Below are positions 6,669 through 17,107 of a stretch of 64,000 bases of DNA, in pieces. The stretch is taken from assembly GCA_963764165.1 (NCBI GenBank), contig CAVXRD010000002.1, forward strand, positions 3,328,001 to 3,392,000. The letters run 5' to 3'. The translations under genes and the position numbers were made by a program. The notes beneath the pieces are model-generated. The model ran no database searches, was not told the DNA's origin, and saw nothing but the letters and a program-made list of their open reading frames with translations. Each line of letters opens with the position of its first letter. The stretch's first letter is position 1. This stretch comes from an uncultured Verrucomicrobiae bacterium. GTDB lineage: Bacteria; Verrucomicrobiota; Verrucomicrobiia; Limisphaerales; Palsa-1400.

Positions 6669-7506
6669 TTTGTTGTTGTTTCATTAGGGCTTCCGTCATT
6701 CGAACGGCGTGGCGTGTCGCGGCCACATCATGGCAGCGAATGATCGCGGCTCCATGCTGCGCGCCCCAGCAGGCGCAAGCCAGCGAGGGTGAAAGGCGCT
6801 CCTGTACCGTCGCGCCCGACGCGGCACCGACAAACGATTTGCGGGAAGCCCCTACCAGCAACGGACGCCCCATCATTGTAAACCGCGCCAGCCCGGCAAG
6901 CAATTGCAAATTGTCTTCCAGCCGCTTTCCAAATCCCAGGCCCGCGTCCAAAATAGTCTGCTCTGCATTGACACCGCACTCGCGCAAACGTTCTAAACGA
7001 TCTTCAAAAAAATCCTGCACCTCGGCAAGAACATCTTTGTAAACAGGATTTTTTTGCATGTCGGCGGGGGTGCCCTGCATGTGAACAATCACGTAACCCG
7101 CGCCGCCCTCGGCGGCCACACGCCACATTTCGGAATCGTCGCGATTGGCCGCGATGTCATTGACAATCGAGGCGCCCATTTGCAACGCTTTCCGCGCCAC
7201 CGCCGGTTTGACGGTGTCAATCGAGATGGGAATTTTCACCGTGCCAGCCAGGGCTTCGATTACAGGGATCACCCGCCGCAATTCCTCCTCTTCGCTGACC
7301 GGCGACGCGCCCGGCCGCGACGATTCGCCGCCGATGTCAATCATATCAGCGCCCTCTTCGACCAGGCGCAGGGCTTGCGCCACGGGGTCCCGCCCGCTTT
7401 CGCTGCGAGCACCGGCGTAAAAGGAATCCGGGGTCGCGTTAACCACGCCCATCACGAGGGACGGGCGTGGAAACGTGAAAACAAATTGGCGCGCGCGCAA
7501 AAGCAT
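6640..7506 (-). CDS. folP: Dihydropteroate synthase
   Basis: MGVVNATPDSF, DIGGESSRPG, SIDT.K, GFGK, SRKS, IRCHDV motifs. Confidence 0.96.
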   Translation of the reverse strand: MLLRARQFVFTFPRPSLVMGVVNATPDSFYAGARSESGRDPVAQALRLVEEGADMIDIGGESSRPGASPVSEEEELRRVIPVIEALAGTVKIPISIDTVKPAVARKALQMGASIVNDIAANRDDSEMWRVAAEGGAGYVIVHMQGTPADMQKNPVYKDVLAEVQDFFEDRLERLRECGVNAEQTILDAGLGFGKRLEDNLQLLAGLARFTMMGRPLLVGASRKSFVGAASGATVQERLSPSLACACWGAQHGAAIIRCHDVAATRHAVRMTEALMKQQQNAGSNHIPD

Positions 7507-7533
7507 TGGTTCTCCCACCCTTAGCGAATTTCG

Positions 7534-7637
7534 GTAGGGCGAGGCTCCCGCCGAGCCATTCCCATTATTCTCATCAATCCCATCATCATGCGAAAAATAG
7601 GAATAATGGGACGGCTCGGCAGGAGCCTCGCCCTGCC
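7534..7637. repeat. Inverted REP pair (gtagggcgaggctcc.gccgagcc family)
   Basis: 7534-7557 and its inverted copy 7613-7637, with inner stem cccattattc/gaataatggg. Same family at 8487-8544 and 47349-47416. Confidence 0.85.
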
Positions 7638-7678
7638 GGCCCTCACCTGCACGGACGCGCCAGTTCGAGCAGGCGCGG

Positions 7679-8305
7679 TTACTTGGCCGCGGAGAAATTC
7701 TTGGCCACTTCGGACCAATTGACCGCGCCCCATATCGCTTTCAGATAATCCGCGCGGCGGTTCTGATATTTCAAGTAATAAGCGTGCTCCCAGACGTCGA
7801 TGCCGAATATCGGCGTGCCTTCGCAGCCAGCGATGGCTTTGCCCATGATTGGACTGTCCTGGTTGGCGGTGGAGCAGACTTCGAGCTTCCCGCCGTTGAC
7901 GACGAGCCAGGCCCAGCCGCTGCCGAAACGGCTGACGCCGGCGGCTTCGATTTTTTCTTTGAAGCCGTCGAAGCTGCCGAATGCCGCATTAATTGCGTCG
8001 GCGAGCGGGCCGGTCGGAGCGCCCCCGGCTTTCGGGCCGAGGAGCTTCCAGAAGAACGAGTGATTGGCGTGGCCGCCGCCGTTATTGCGCACCGCACCGC
8101 GAATATCAGCGGGAACCGCATCGAGATTGCTGATGAGTTGTTCCACCGTTTTGGATTCGAGCTCGGGCTTGCCCGCGATGGCCTTGTTGACGTTGGTCAC
8201 ATAAGCGGCGTGATGCTTGTCGTGATGAATCTCCATCGTCTTCGCGTCGATGTTCGGTTCCAGGGCGTCGTTCGGATAGGGGAGCGGTGGTAATTCGTAA
8301 GCCAT
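7679..8305 (-). CDS. sodA: Superoxide dismutase (Mn/Fe family, Mn-like)
   Basis: [31 protein letters not shown]. Confidence 0.96.
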   Translation of the reverse strand: MAYELPPLPYPNDALEPNIDAKTMEIHHDKHHAAYVTNVNKAIAGKPELESKTVEQLISNLDAVPADIRGAVRNNGGGHANHSFFWKLLGPKAGGAPTGPLADAINAAFGSFDGFKEKIEAAGVSRFGSGWAWLVVNGGKLEVCSTANQDSPIMGKAIAGCEGTPIFGIDVWEHAYYLKYQNRRADYLKAIWGAVNWSEVAKNFSAAK

Positions 8306-8486
8306 AGTATGTCTCTCTTTCCAATTTCCAATTTATATTGTGCAACTGTTTGTGTTCTAAACCCGTTTGTAAAAAATGACAACCAATTGAGTAAACTACA
8401 ACCGTACACTAACAAAGGCCGCCCAAAAGACAAGGGACGGAATTTTGGGGGGCGCAAATCAATAGTGTGAACCGTTCGGTTTGCGC

Positions 8487-8544
8487 GGCTCGGCAGGAGC
8501 CTCGCCCTACCGAGCGCTTGGTAGGGCGAGGCTCCTGCCGAGCC
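8487..8544. repeat. Head-to-head REP pair, same family as 7534
   Basis: ggctcggcaggagcctcgccctacc-gagcgctt-ggtagggcgaggctcctgccgagcc. Confidence 0.88.
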
Positions 8545-8552
8545 GGGGCTCC

Positions 8553-8587
8553 AAAAAGCAAAAGGAGCCGGGATTGCTCCCGGCTCC
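8553..8587 (-). terminator. Rho-independent terminator of the Ig/LamG gene
   Basis: Minus strand GGAGCCGGGA-gcaa-TCCCGGCTCC followed by TTTTGCTTTTT, 26 bp after the stop at 8614. Confidence 0.85.
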
Positions 8588-8613
8588 ATTGCGATTGCGG
8601 CCTTGGCTCCTGC

Positions 8614-11600
8614 CTACGGCAGGACCAGGCGATAAAATGCCGTCGACGTCCCCGGGGTCAGGATGACCTCGTTGTTGGAGTTAACAATCTGGGACGGTGT
8701 GATCACGTTTTGCCACGGGCCGGTCAGATTGGTGGTTTCTTGAAGTCCGAACAGCGTCGAGACTGAAATCGGCCATGTAATGACCGTGCTCCCTGCCGCT
8801 CCGGCCTTCAAAGTCAGAACGGGAGGTGTGGTGTAGGAAAACACGAAGTTCGAGACGGTCTGATTGGCACTCGCACCGCCAGTGCCGCCGGTGAACCCAA
8901 TGTAGGCGCTGCTGCCACCGACGAGCGCAGGCAGATTGGTCAGAGCCAGGGAAGTGGTGAAGTTGCTGCCAGTGGCTGTATCCACCAAGGCGACGTTCAT
9001 TGTGTTTTGCATGTAATAGAGCTGAACGTAGATGGGATCGCCGGAAACGATGCTGACCGGCGCTGTGTTAATGGACGGAGCCGTCAACGTTCCGCCGTCC
9101 GGAGCGGTTCCATCGACGCCCATTTGAATCCCAACATTGCCCGCGCCATACGGATAGATGTTCATCTCAAAGGCAGCGCTGGGAGCGATGCCGGTGTAGC
9201 CCAAATCTCCTCCGCCAGCACCGACCGCCGTCGGGCCCACCGGGGAATTCTGCATGCAGAACGTGATGCCATCAGCCAGGGTGCCGCCGCCATAATTGGT
9301 GGCGGTGTAGGTGTAGGAGGCGAAAAACCCGCCGATGTATTGGACTGTGTTGAAGAACGCGCTGGACGCCTCGCTGTTGTTGCCGTCGGTCAGCGTGAGC
9401 ACGTTGTCACTGATGTAAGGCTGGATGTTGGCGCCGTCGTTGAGGGACCAGTTATCGCCGTTCGTATAGAAGGAGATGACGGGCGGCGGATTGGTCAGGC
9501 CGACCACGGTCGCGAGGGAGCTGTTGGTCGTGCCGTATGAATTGTGAATGGCGACCGAATAAGTGTTCGTTCCAGCGAGCGCGTCAAACGTGTAACTGGA
9601 GTTTGTCGCATTCGCAATGGCGCCGCTTGCGCCGCTGGACCATTGGTAGGTGAACGGCGGTGTCCCGGCAGCAGTGACTGACAGCGTGACCGGCACTCCG
9701 GCAGGAACCTCGGTCAGCGGGATGACATCCGTCTCCGTCAGCGGCAAAAGGTTCAATCCAGCGTAAAGCCCCGACACCTGGCTGGGAGTCAGCGCGTTGG
9801 TGAGGATGGCCACTTCAGCGATATTGCCCGCAAAATTGCGCTGATTCGCGTAATCAGGAGCGCCGGCGATCCAGACATCGTCGCCGCTGCCGCCGGGATT
9901 GCCGGGTTCAATCTGGCCGGTTTGCTGTCCGTCGGCGTAGACATACTGGTTCGTGCCGTCATAGACACCAACGATTTGATGCCAACTGCCGTCACCGACA
10001 TTAACGGTGCCGACAGCGTCAGGCCCGGCATCCGCAAATCGCGGGGGATTGCCCACAACCGAAAGACGGTAGCTCTGGTCGGAATGACCGACGACCGTTC
10101 CGAAATGACCGCCCGCCTCCCCCACCGAAGGCGTCTCGGATCCAGGCGATAACGGTGATGGGTCCAGTGATATTCAGATTGCCCACCGGAATGTCCACAT
10201 ATCCACTGGAGCCATCGAAGCCTGCGGAGTAATTCGTCGCGCCGATGCTGGCGGCGGTGGCGGGAATGCCAGGCTGGCCCAGCGTGTAACCGCCTTGATA
10301 GGTGCCGTCGTGTCCGCCCGCATAGTCGAAGGCTGTGTTGCCACTGGTTTCGTTCAGCGGCCAATACGCCACTGGCTTGTAGGCCAGGAGCGCCGATTGA
10401 TACGATGAAGGCGTGATGAGGTTCAGGGTCACCGGGCTGCTGGTGGCCGTGCCGACGAAGTTGGAGACAATCACAGAAATAGTGACGTTCGATGTGTTCA
10501 AATTGGCATAGGTCGCGTTGGTCGCTCCGGGAATAGCCGTGGCCGGGCTTTGCGGCAAACCGCTGTACCATTGATAGCTGAAGGGCGGCGCGCTCGAACC
10601 GTCAATGACGACGGAGAACAGAGTGGTCTCGTTGGCAAACGCGTTGACCGGTGAAACGGGGGGCGTCTGGGAATCGATGATCGGCGCGCTGGGTGTGCCG
10701 GAGTTGATCGTCAGAGTCGCCGGTGTGCTGATCGCGCCGCCAAAGGCGTTGGTGGCTTCAAATTCGTATTCAGTGCCGTCATTGATGCTCAAATTGCTGA
10801 TCGTCAGAGTTGTCGTGCTGGAGCCGGAAATAACGGATCCGTTGCCATCGACGCCGTCGGTTAGCGGATAAAACGCGCCGTTGCTCTGCACGAGCCAGAT
10901 ATTGGTCAGTGGCGCCGTGCCGCTCACTTCGGCGGAGAACGTCGCCGTTTGGCCAGGATACCAAGTCTGGTTCGCGGGCAGCGGATTTTGCGTAATGACC
11001 GGTGGAACTCCGCCCGCCGTGGCGCTGACGGCCATGATGAAAGTGGTCGAGTTGCCCGCGGGGAGGGACACGTTTTTGATGATGATATTGGTCACTGGGC
11101 TGGTCGTGTCGCTCAGCGTAAAGTATGTCTCAAACAGGTAAGGCAGCCCTTGGTTGCCGATCGTATTGAAGGACCGGTCGCTCATATTGACGCGGCCATT
11201 GGCTTCCCAAGCGATGGCACCGGGAACGGATTGCTCAAACCAATCGTAGCCGTAAAAAAGGTTGGTTTCATTTTTTCCATCCGCGTGTTGCAGGATGCAA
11301 ATGTTGGTCATTTTGTTGCCCGCGCCGATGTCGCCGCCAGCCGTCAGGAACGCAAAAGCGGAATACGGAGTCGGCGAAGCCGGAGTGATGTTGGCTGTCA
11401 AATGATTGGTGTCGATCAGAATGGCGTTGTTGTTGGAGTAATTGCCCATCTGATATTGGTGGGTCGGCTGGCTGTAGCTGCTGAAGATGGAACCGGAGGG
11501 AGGCAATCCATAACCGCTGTTGTATGGATAATAGCCTTGCTCAAACCAGGTGTTGCCGACGCCCGAGGAGCTGAGATTGGTGCCATTGTCCATGGTGGCG

Positions 11601-12400
11601 GTGACCGGCCAAGGGAGAGCCGCAGGCACCGTGGCAATCACATTGAACCCGCCCACCGGAATGGGAGACCATTTTGCCCCCGATGCATTGCCGCTGACGG
11701 CAAAAAGGTTGGCGTGGGCGCCTGAACTAAACGTAAACGAAATGCTCGTAATCGGGGTCAGGCCGGAAACGGTGATATTGTCGCTGTACAGATACGGCGG
11801 CTGATTGTTCTGGCTGCTGGCGTTGAAATTTTCCTCGCCCCCGCCCGCTGTCACACGGCCATTGGCTCCCCAGGCGACAGTTGAGCCGCCGTTAAACCAA
11901 TCGGGCATGCTAATCGAGCCGCTTTCGGTGGAATTATCGCTGTGCGTCACCACGTAATTGAGAGTGGTCGACCCGCCGCCGCCCGTGCAAAGAATCGCCA
12001 GGTTCGTGGCTGTCGTGGCGGACTCAAATGTAAAGGCGCCACTGGTAAAAGTGGAATCAATCATCAGGACGTCATTGGTCAAGTAGGTCGAAGGCATCAA
12101 ATAGGTGATGTTCGCATTGTTGCTGGCCACAAAAGTCGTGTTGTGGACTGGAACGCCGGAATTGCCGCCGGTCAGGCCCGGATGGGCGTAAAACCCCTGC
12201 TCATAGACGCTGGTGTCGCCGAGGCCGGCACCGTTGCCGGTGGTTGCGGTAATGCAATACGGCAAAGCGGGCACGGTATTGGCGGGGACCACAATGCCAT
12301 ATGTATAGCTGTTCGACGTCAGTGGAACAGGGTTGAAGTCCGCGCGCGCCAGACCTGCGGCGAGACAAAGGAACGCAATGGAAGTTAGTTTCAATTTCAT
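8614..12400 (-). CDS. Large secreted surface protein (two tandem N-terminal repeats, Ig-like, LamG, Ig-like, legume-lectin-like domains, FYRL tail), split by a +1 frameshift at about 10138
   Basis: Signal peptide MKLKLTSIAFLCLAAGLARA. Ig motifs (V.GTAP, SYQWY); LamG motifs (PVAYWPLNE, FDGSSGYV | DGSWHQIVGVYDG) span both ORFs; lectin motifs ADGITF and AYIGFTGGTG; C-terminal FYRL. Confidence 0.8.
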
Positions 12401-12746
12401 AGTAATCATCATCCTTTAAGCACGGAGGCAACTCTCCCATGAATAAAATTCTGAGGGACATCACCGCCTTCTTGTTCAAAAGTGCTTGGGCTCCAGATTA
12501 ACCCTTCATTGAGTCCGCCGAAAGGGAATTTCGGTTGTCTTGAAACAAAACAACTCGGCGAACGGGAATTCGTTATGGAACCGCCGCATTATTTTTTAAT
12601 TGCACCCTCAAGCCACGCCGTCGCGATACGCTAACAAATCCACGACCGGGAAATCGCCTGCGTCAACAACCATTAGCGATTGCCATTTTCCAAACGCTTC
12701 CACTATATTCCCCCGCCTTAACGCCGCCGAAGAAACCAAAGAACAC

Positions 12747-14636
12747 ATGATGGATGATGCCGCAGAGCGTGAACCAGCCGCCGCGGAAAAACCATCGGCA
12801 AAACCGAACTGGCTGCCGCGCATCGGTTCACCCGGCTACCACATCATGCTTTCGGCGGTGGCGATTCTCATCCTTGGGCCGCTGGGCGGAATTTCCGCCG
12901 CGTTTATGGATTTCTCCATTGGATTTTTTGTGGGCGGGCAGGTGCTGGCGGGAATTCTCGGAAGCGTCGTCACCCTGCCCTATGGGCCGGAAGGAAAACA
13001 CGGCGCCAATTACATGCAAACCATGGCGGCGTCGGTCGCCGGCATGTGCGCCATGTCCGCGCTGGTTCAGGCAATGGTGTGGATGGGCTTGCCGCGTCCG
13101 CCCGCGTGGCAGCTCGTGCTGTATTTCATGTGCATCGGGATGTTCGGCGTCGGGCTGGGGATGTTGTACACGCCAATTCTGGTGGACCGCCTGCAATTGA
13201 CATACCCCTCGGGTCTCGCGGTGGCGAACATCCTGCGCGCCATGACAGACCCGGTGCTGCTGCGGAAATCCATTTTCAAATTATTCGGCAGCATGGCGGG
13301 TTCGTTTGGTGTTGCGCTGGCCGCAACGCTCAAAATGGAATATTTCCTGTCGTTTCTCAACAAGCTCACTTTCGTTCCTTCGGGAATCATGTCGGGCGCT
13401 TCGAGTTTCATATCGGACTTGTCCATGTCCACTCTCGGAGGCGGAATGATCGTCGGCGCGCGCATCGCGCTGCCCGCCCTTTGGGTGGGGTTAATTGGCG
13501 CCCGGATGACTCCATACTTGACAAGAATTGGCTGGCTGGACGAAGGCGACCATTATCGAAAAATCGGCTTCATCATCTCGCTCGGAGCCATCATGGGCGC
13601 GGCAATTTTGGATGTTGGCATTATCTTGTTTCAGGCTGTTGGGCGCATGCGCAAAATGAAAGCCGCAGTGGCGCCGCAAGATTCGGATTGGCAAAAAGTG
13701 GGGATGATGCGCCTCGTCGCGTGGGTGCTTTTTTGGGCGGCGGCCACCGTTGTCATGGGGCATCAGGTGCTGCGCCAACCCGTATTCTATCTTGTCGTTG
13801 CGATTCTGCTTTGTTTCGTGTTTGTGCTTGTGAACGGGATTGCCCTTGGCATTTCCGACTTCAACCCGATTTCCAGCGCGTTTGTGATGTCCGTTTTCAT
13901 CATGGCGGGGCTGGGTCTGCGCGATCCAGTGGCGGGATTGTTTTGCGCCGCCATCCTTGCCATTGCGACGTCGGAAGGCGGCGACATGCAGCAGGATCGC
14001 TCCACCGGCTGGCGCTTGAAGACGAATCGCGCCGTGCAGTTCCGCTATCAAGTGATCGGAATCGCGATGGGCGCATTACTGGCGGTCGTGCTGGCCAGCA
14101 TCTTCATGCGCGCTTACCCGGTATTGAACATCGATCAGTTGACTCACAAAAACCTGCCGGAAACGAAGCACTGGCAATCCGCTTTTACTTACAAAATGGT
14201 CGGAGCCTTGCGCGGCATCGTGGTCTTCAAGCCTCGCACGATGCAGGCGCTTGGCCTCGGGGTGAGCATTGGGCTGGTGATCGAAATCTTGCGGAAATTG
14301 ATTCGGAATCGCGCGAGCTACCAGGCGTTCGCACAGCGAAGCTGGCTGGGAAAATCGGTTTCGTTTCTTCTTGACGCTGTGTTTCTGCCGAGTCCCTATG
14401 CGTCGGCCTTTGGGGGATTCGTCGAGTTGCCGACAATTCTTTGGTGGGCTTTTGGTGGAGTGATTTCGTCGCTATTCGAAACCGCCTCGAAACGCTTTGC
14501 CGACACCGAAGTTCAACCCGAGGGCGAATTGCCGTCGGACATGAGCACGATGTCGCTGGTGGGCGGCGGTTTCATTGCAGGCGATGCGCTGGCGGCGCTG
14601 GCGGTCGGAATGTGGGGAATTCTCCACGCGGGCTGA
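12747..14636 (+). CDS. OPT/YSL family oligopeptide transporter
   Basis: Polytopic; N.MQT.AAS, L.YPSG.AVA.IL, GDMQQD..TGW, GG.IAG.AL motifs. Confidence 0.85.
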   Translation: MMDDAAEREPAAAEKPSAKPNWLPRIGSPGYHIMLSAVAILILGPLGGISAAFMDFSIGFFVGGQVLAGILGSVVTLPYGPEGKHGANYMQTMAASVAGMCAMSALVQAMVWMGLPRPPAWQLVLYFMCIGMFGVGLGMLYTPILVDRLQLTYPSGLAVANILRAMTDPVLLRKSIFKLFGSMAGSFGVALAATLKMEYFLSFLNKLTFVPSGIMSGASSFISDLSMSTLGGGMIVGARIALPALWVGLIGARMTPYLTRIGWLDEGDHYRKIGFIISLGAIMGAAILDVGIILFQAVGRMRKMKAAVAPQDSDWQKVGMMRLVAWVLFWAAATVVMGHQVLRQPVFYLVVAILLCFVFVLVNGIALGISDFNPISSAFVMSVFIMAGLGLRDPVAGLFCAAILAIATSEGGDMQQDRSTGWRLKTNRAVQFRYQVIGIAMGALLAVVLASIFMRAYPVLNIDQLTHKNLPETKHWQSAFTYKMVGALRGIVVFKPRTMQALGLGVSIGLVIEILRKLIRNRASYQAFAQRSWLGKSVSFLLDAVFLPSPYASAFGGFVELPTILWWAFGGVISSLFETASKRFADTEVQPEGELPSDMSTMSLVGGGFIAGDALAALAVGMWGILHAG

Positions 14637-14649
14637 ATCGCGAAGCGAG

Positions 14650-14812
14650 GTAGGGACACCTCGCCGAGGCGTCCGATGCCGTGGAGGTTTTCGACCGCGA
14701 TCTTCTTGTTGGAAGCTTTGCAAAAAAATCCTTCGACCTGCCAGATCTCCGCGCGATTTTAAGCGCCCGCAAACCTCCGCATCCCCGGACGACTCGGCGA
14801 GGCGTCCCTAGC
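14650..14812. repeat. Inverted REP pair (gtagggac.cctcgccgaggcgtccg family) between convergent genes
   Basis: 14650-14675 and inverted 14786-14812, with inner ggaggttt/aaacctcc. A related copy is at 45429-45472. Confidence 0.75.
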
Positions 14813-16876
14813 TTATAACTGCTCAATAAACGCCTTCATCACCGAATCATACCAGCTCGTCGCCCCCGGCTCGGTGATTTCGTGGGAGCGCGCAATGTCC
14901 GTCTCGAATAAATCGTGATTGAGCTGGGCGACAGCCTTCGGGTCGGAAAACGCCAGGTCCAATTCCTGGTTCACGCGCAAACTCATCTTGTTGAAATTGG
15001 CCGAGCCAAGGCAGGCCCAGCCGTCGTATACCGCGGCTTTCAAATGCGTCATTCCCGGATACGCGTAAACGCGAATGCCCGCCCGAATCATCCGCCCGGC
15101 GATGAGCGAATTGCCAACCTGCATGATGCCACTGTCGTTCTGCGCCGGCAAAATGACGCGGACATCGACGCCGCGATACCGCGCGCGAATCAACGCGCGC
15201 AGGCACGTCTCGTCGTCGAAGTAAGGATTCTCAATGTAGATATATTTTTGCGCGTTCTCGATGGCGTCGTACTGCGCCCGGTAAATCTCCAATTTCCAAG
15301 TCGCTGTGCGCAGCACGCGAATGTCGTAGGGATCATGCACAATATTTTTGCGCGGCGACGTGTGGTCAAAAAGCCAGTACCAGGCGTAGGCGAAATCGCC
15401 TCCCGGCCCGGCATGCGCCCACGCCAGGCGAAATTCCCGCTCCAGATGCCCCACCACCGGGCCGGTCACGCGCACCATCAAATCGTGCCAGTCGTAGCGG
15501 TAGCTGCGCCCGATATTCATCCCGCCAACGTAGGCTTCACGGCTGTCCACCACGATGCATTTGCGATGATCCGCAGTCAGCCAGGGATTGGCGGAAGCGC
15601 GCACGCTGACCCACGAATCGCGCAGGTAGGATTTGATGTTGGAGGGTCGTTGAAAATCCGGCGACATCGGAGACTCCGGCGCAACCTGGGCGGCGAAAAG
15701 CGAACCCATGTCGTCCAACAGCACCTTCACTTTCAAATCAATCGAGCGATCCATCAGCAAATTGGCGATGCGGACGGCGTAATCGTCGGTGTCAAAAATA
15801 AACACATGCACATTGACGCTGCGGACGGCGCGCGCCACTGAGTCGATCAGCGCCGGATAGAACTTCTCTCCGTCAATAAGAAGATCAATCCGTCCTTTGT
15901 GGCGGCGTTCGGAAACGGCGTGATCGAGATGCTTCTCCCACTCTGCCATGTCCATTGCCGGCCCGTTCGTGAGCGGGGGTGGCGGTCCCTCCGGCACGCT
16001 GCCGGCGCGTTCCAGGGCGGTGGCGCCGGAAGTCCCGATATGCCAGATGCCCCGGCACACCAGCGTCACCGGATTTTTGATTGCGGTGATGATGAGGCTC
16101 TTGATCAAAAGGGAATTGAGCGCCTTGACCGCGAACCATACCGGCACCGGCTGCGATTCCGGGTCGGACGAGTAATCCAAAAACACCATCAAGCGCTGCT
16201 GCGAATCGACAAACACAAACGCGGGATCCGTCCCCGACACAAATAGAAACTGCGTCTGGCGGTGATCCAGCATCGGCAGCGCTTCGCGAAGGAAATCTGC
16301 GTCATCGCAGGTGCGGTCGACGGCGACGCCCGCGGGCTTTTCCTCCAGCTTGACGATCCGCAATTTTCCGGTGGCGTCGTGAAACAAGGCCATTTCCTGA
16401 TTCTGCACGAGCATCACCACCGCGTGATTGGCCTGGCTCGGCGCGAGGCTGGCGAAGACTTTCTGCACGATTTGCTGCCACTGTTTGTAATCATGCACGG
16501 CCACACGGTTGGTCTTGGTGGTTGTCGCCCTGCGAACGCCGCGTTTTTCCTCGCCGAATTTGAGCAGGGAAAACCGGTGTTGGTAATTCGTCGAGCCGGG
16601 ATCCACCGGCGCCCATGAAGCATGGGCAAAGGCATCCTTGCCACGCAGAGGAATGCGTATATCGAGGTTCGTCCCAAAATGGTAAGCCAGCAGATTCGTC
16701 TGCGAAGACGCCTCAATTTGTTCGAGATAGCGCGTGCGCGGACTTTGCCCCGCACACCCTGAAAGCCAGAGAATCGCGGCCCATCCAAAAATGAAATGGA
16801 TGAGCCAACCGGAAGCGAAGACTCGCCGCCCGCCCGCTTTGCAACCGACGCCAAGCCTGGAAATCAAGTAACTCAC
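14813..16876 (-). CDS. Phospholipase D / cardiolipin synthase-like protein with long N-terminal extension
   Basis: Two HKD motifs (HRKCIVVD..AYVGGMN; HLKAAVYD..CLGSAN), WHD, IENPYF; LSGC lipobox near the N-terminus. Start uncertain. Confidence 0.85.
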   Translation of the reverse strand: MSYLISRLGVGCKAGGRRVFASGWLIHFIFGWAAILWLSGCAGQSPRTRYLEQIEASSQTNLLAYHFGTNLDIRIPLRGKDAFAHASWAPVDPGSTNYQHRFSLLKFGEEKRGVRRATTTKTNRVAVHDYKQWQQIVQKVFASLAPSQANHAVVMLVQNQEMALFHDATGKLRIVKLEEKPAGVAVDRTCDDADFLREALPMLDHRQTQFLFVSGTDPAFVFVDSQQRLMVFLDYSSDPESQPVPVWFAVKALNSLLIKSLIITAIKNPVTLVCRGIWHIGTSGATALERAGSVPEGPPPPLTNGPAMDMAEWEKHLDHAVSERRHKGRIDLLIDGEKFYPALIDSVARAVRSVNVHVFIFDTDDYAVRIANLLMDRSIDLKVKVLLDDMGSLFAAQVAPESPMSPDFQRPSNIKSYLRDSWVSVRASANPWLTADHRKCIVVDSREAYVGGMNIGRSYRYDWHDLMVRVTGPVVGHLEREFRLAWAHAGPGGDFAYAWYWLFDHTSPRKNIVHDPYDIRVLRTATWKLEIYRAQYDAIENAQKYIYIENPYFDDETCLRALIRARYRGVDVRVILPAQNDSGIMQVGNSLIAGRMIRAGIRVYAYPGMTHLKAAVYDGWACLGSANFNKMSLRVNQELDLAFSDPKAVAQLNHDLFETDIARSHEITEPGATSWYDSVMKAFIEQL

Positions 16877-16960
16877 GACTGAAGCCCGAGGGCTTTGTCA
16901 CTGTTTGGCTCCGATTTGATAACGTGAGCCACCATTTTGTTCAACTTTCGCTTTTGCTTG

Positions 16961-17107
16961 GCCACAGATTAACACAGATCAACACAGATAAATACAGGGA
17001 AGGAATGAAACAGGCCGGAGGCCGAGCACCCATCACGCCATCGGCGCGAAATATGTCAACCAAAGGTCTCCTCAGAAAATCTGTGTTGATCTGTGTTAAT
17101 CTGCGGC
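16961..17107. repeat. Palindromic element with 9-bp ACACAGAT tandem arms
   Basis: gccacagattaacacagatcaacacagat ... atctgtgttgatctgtgttaatctgcggc. Half-copies near 18871-18896 and 62332-62362. Confidence 0.8.

Noticed and set aside
12420..12740. Possible riboswitch or ncRNA in the divergent intergenic region (likewise 20760-21380, 31800-32090, 45360-45760)
   Set aside because: Some hairpins are present but no recognisable riboswitch consensus; an Rfam/Infernal scan is needed.
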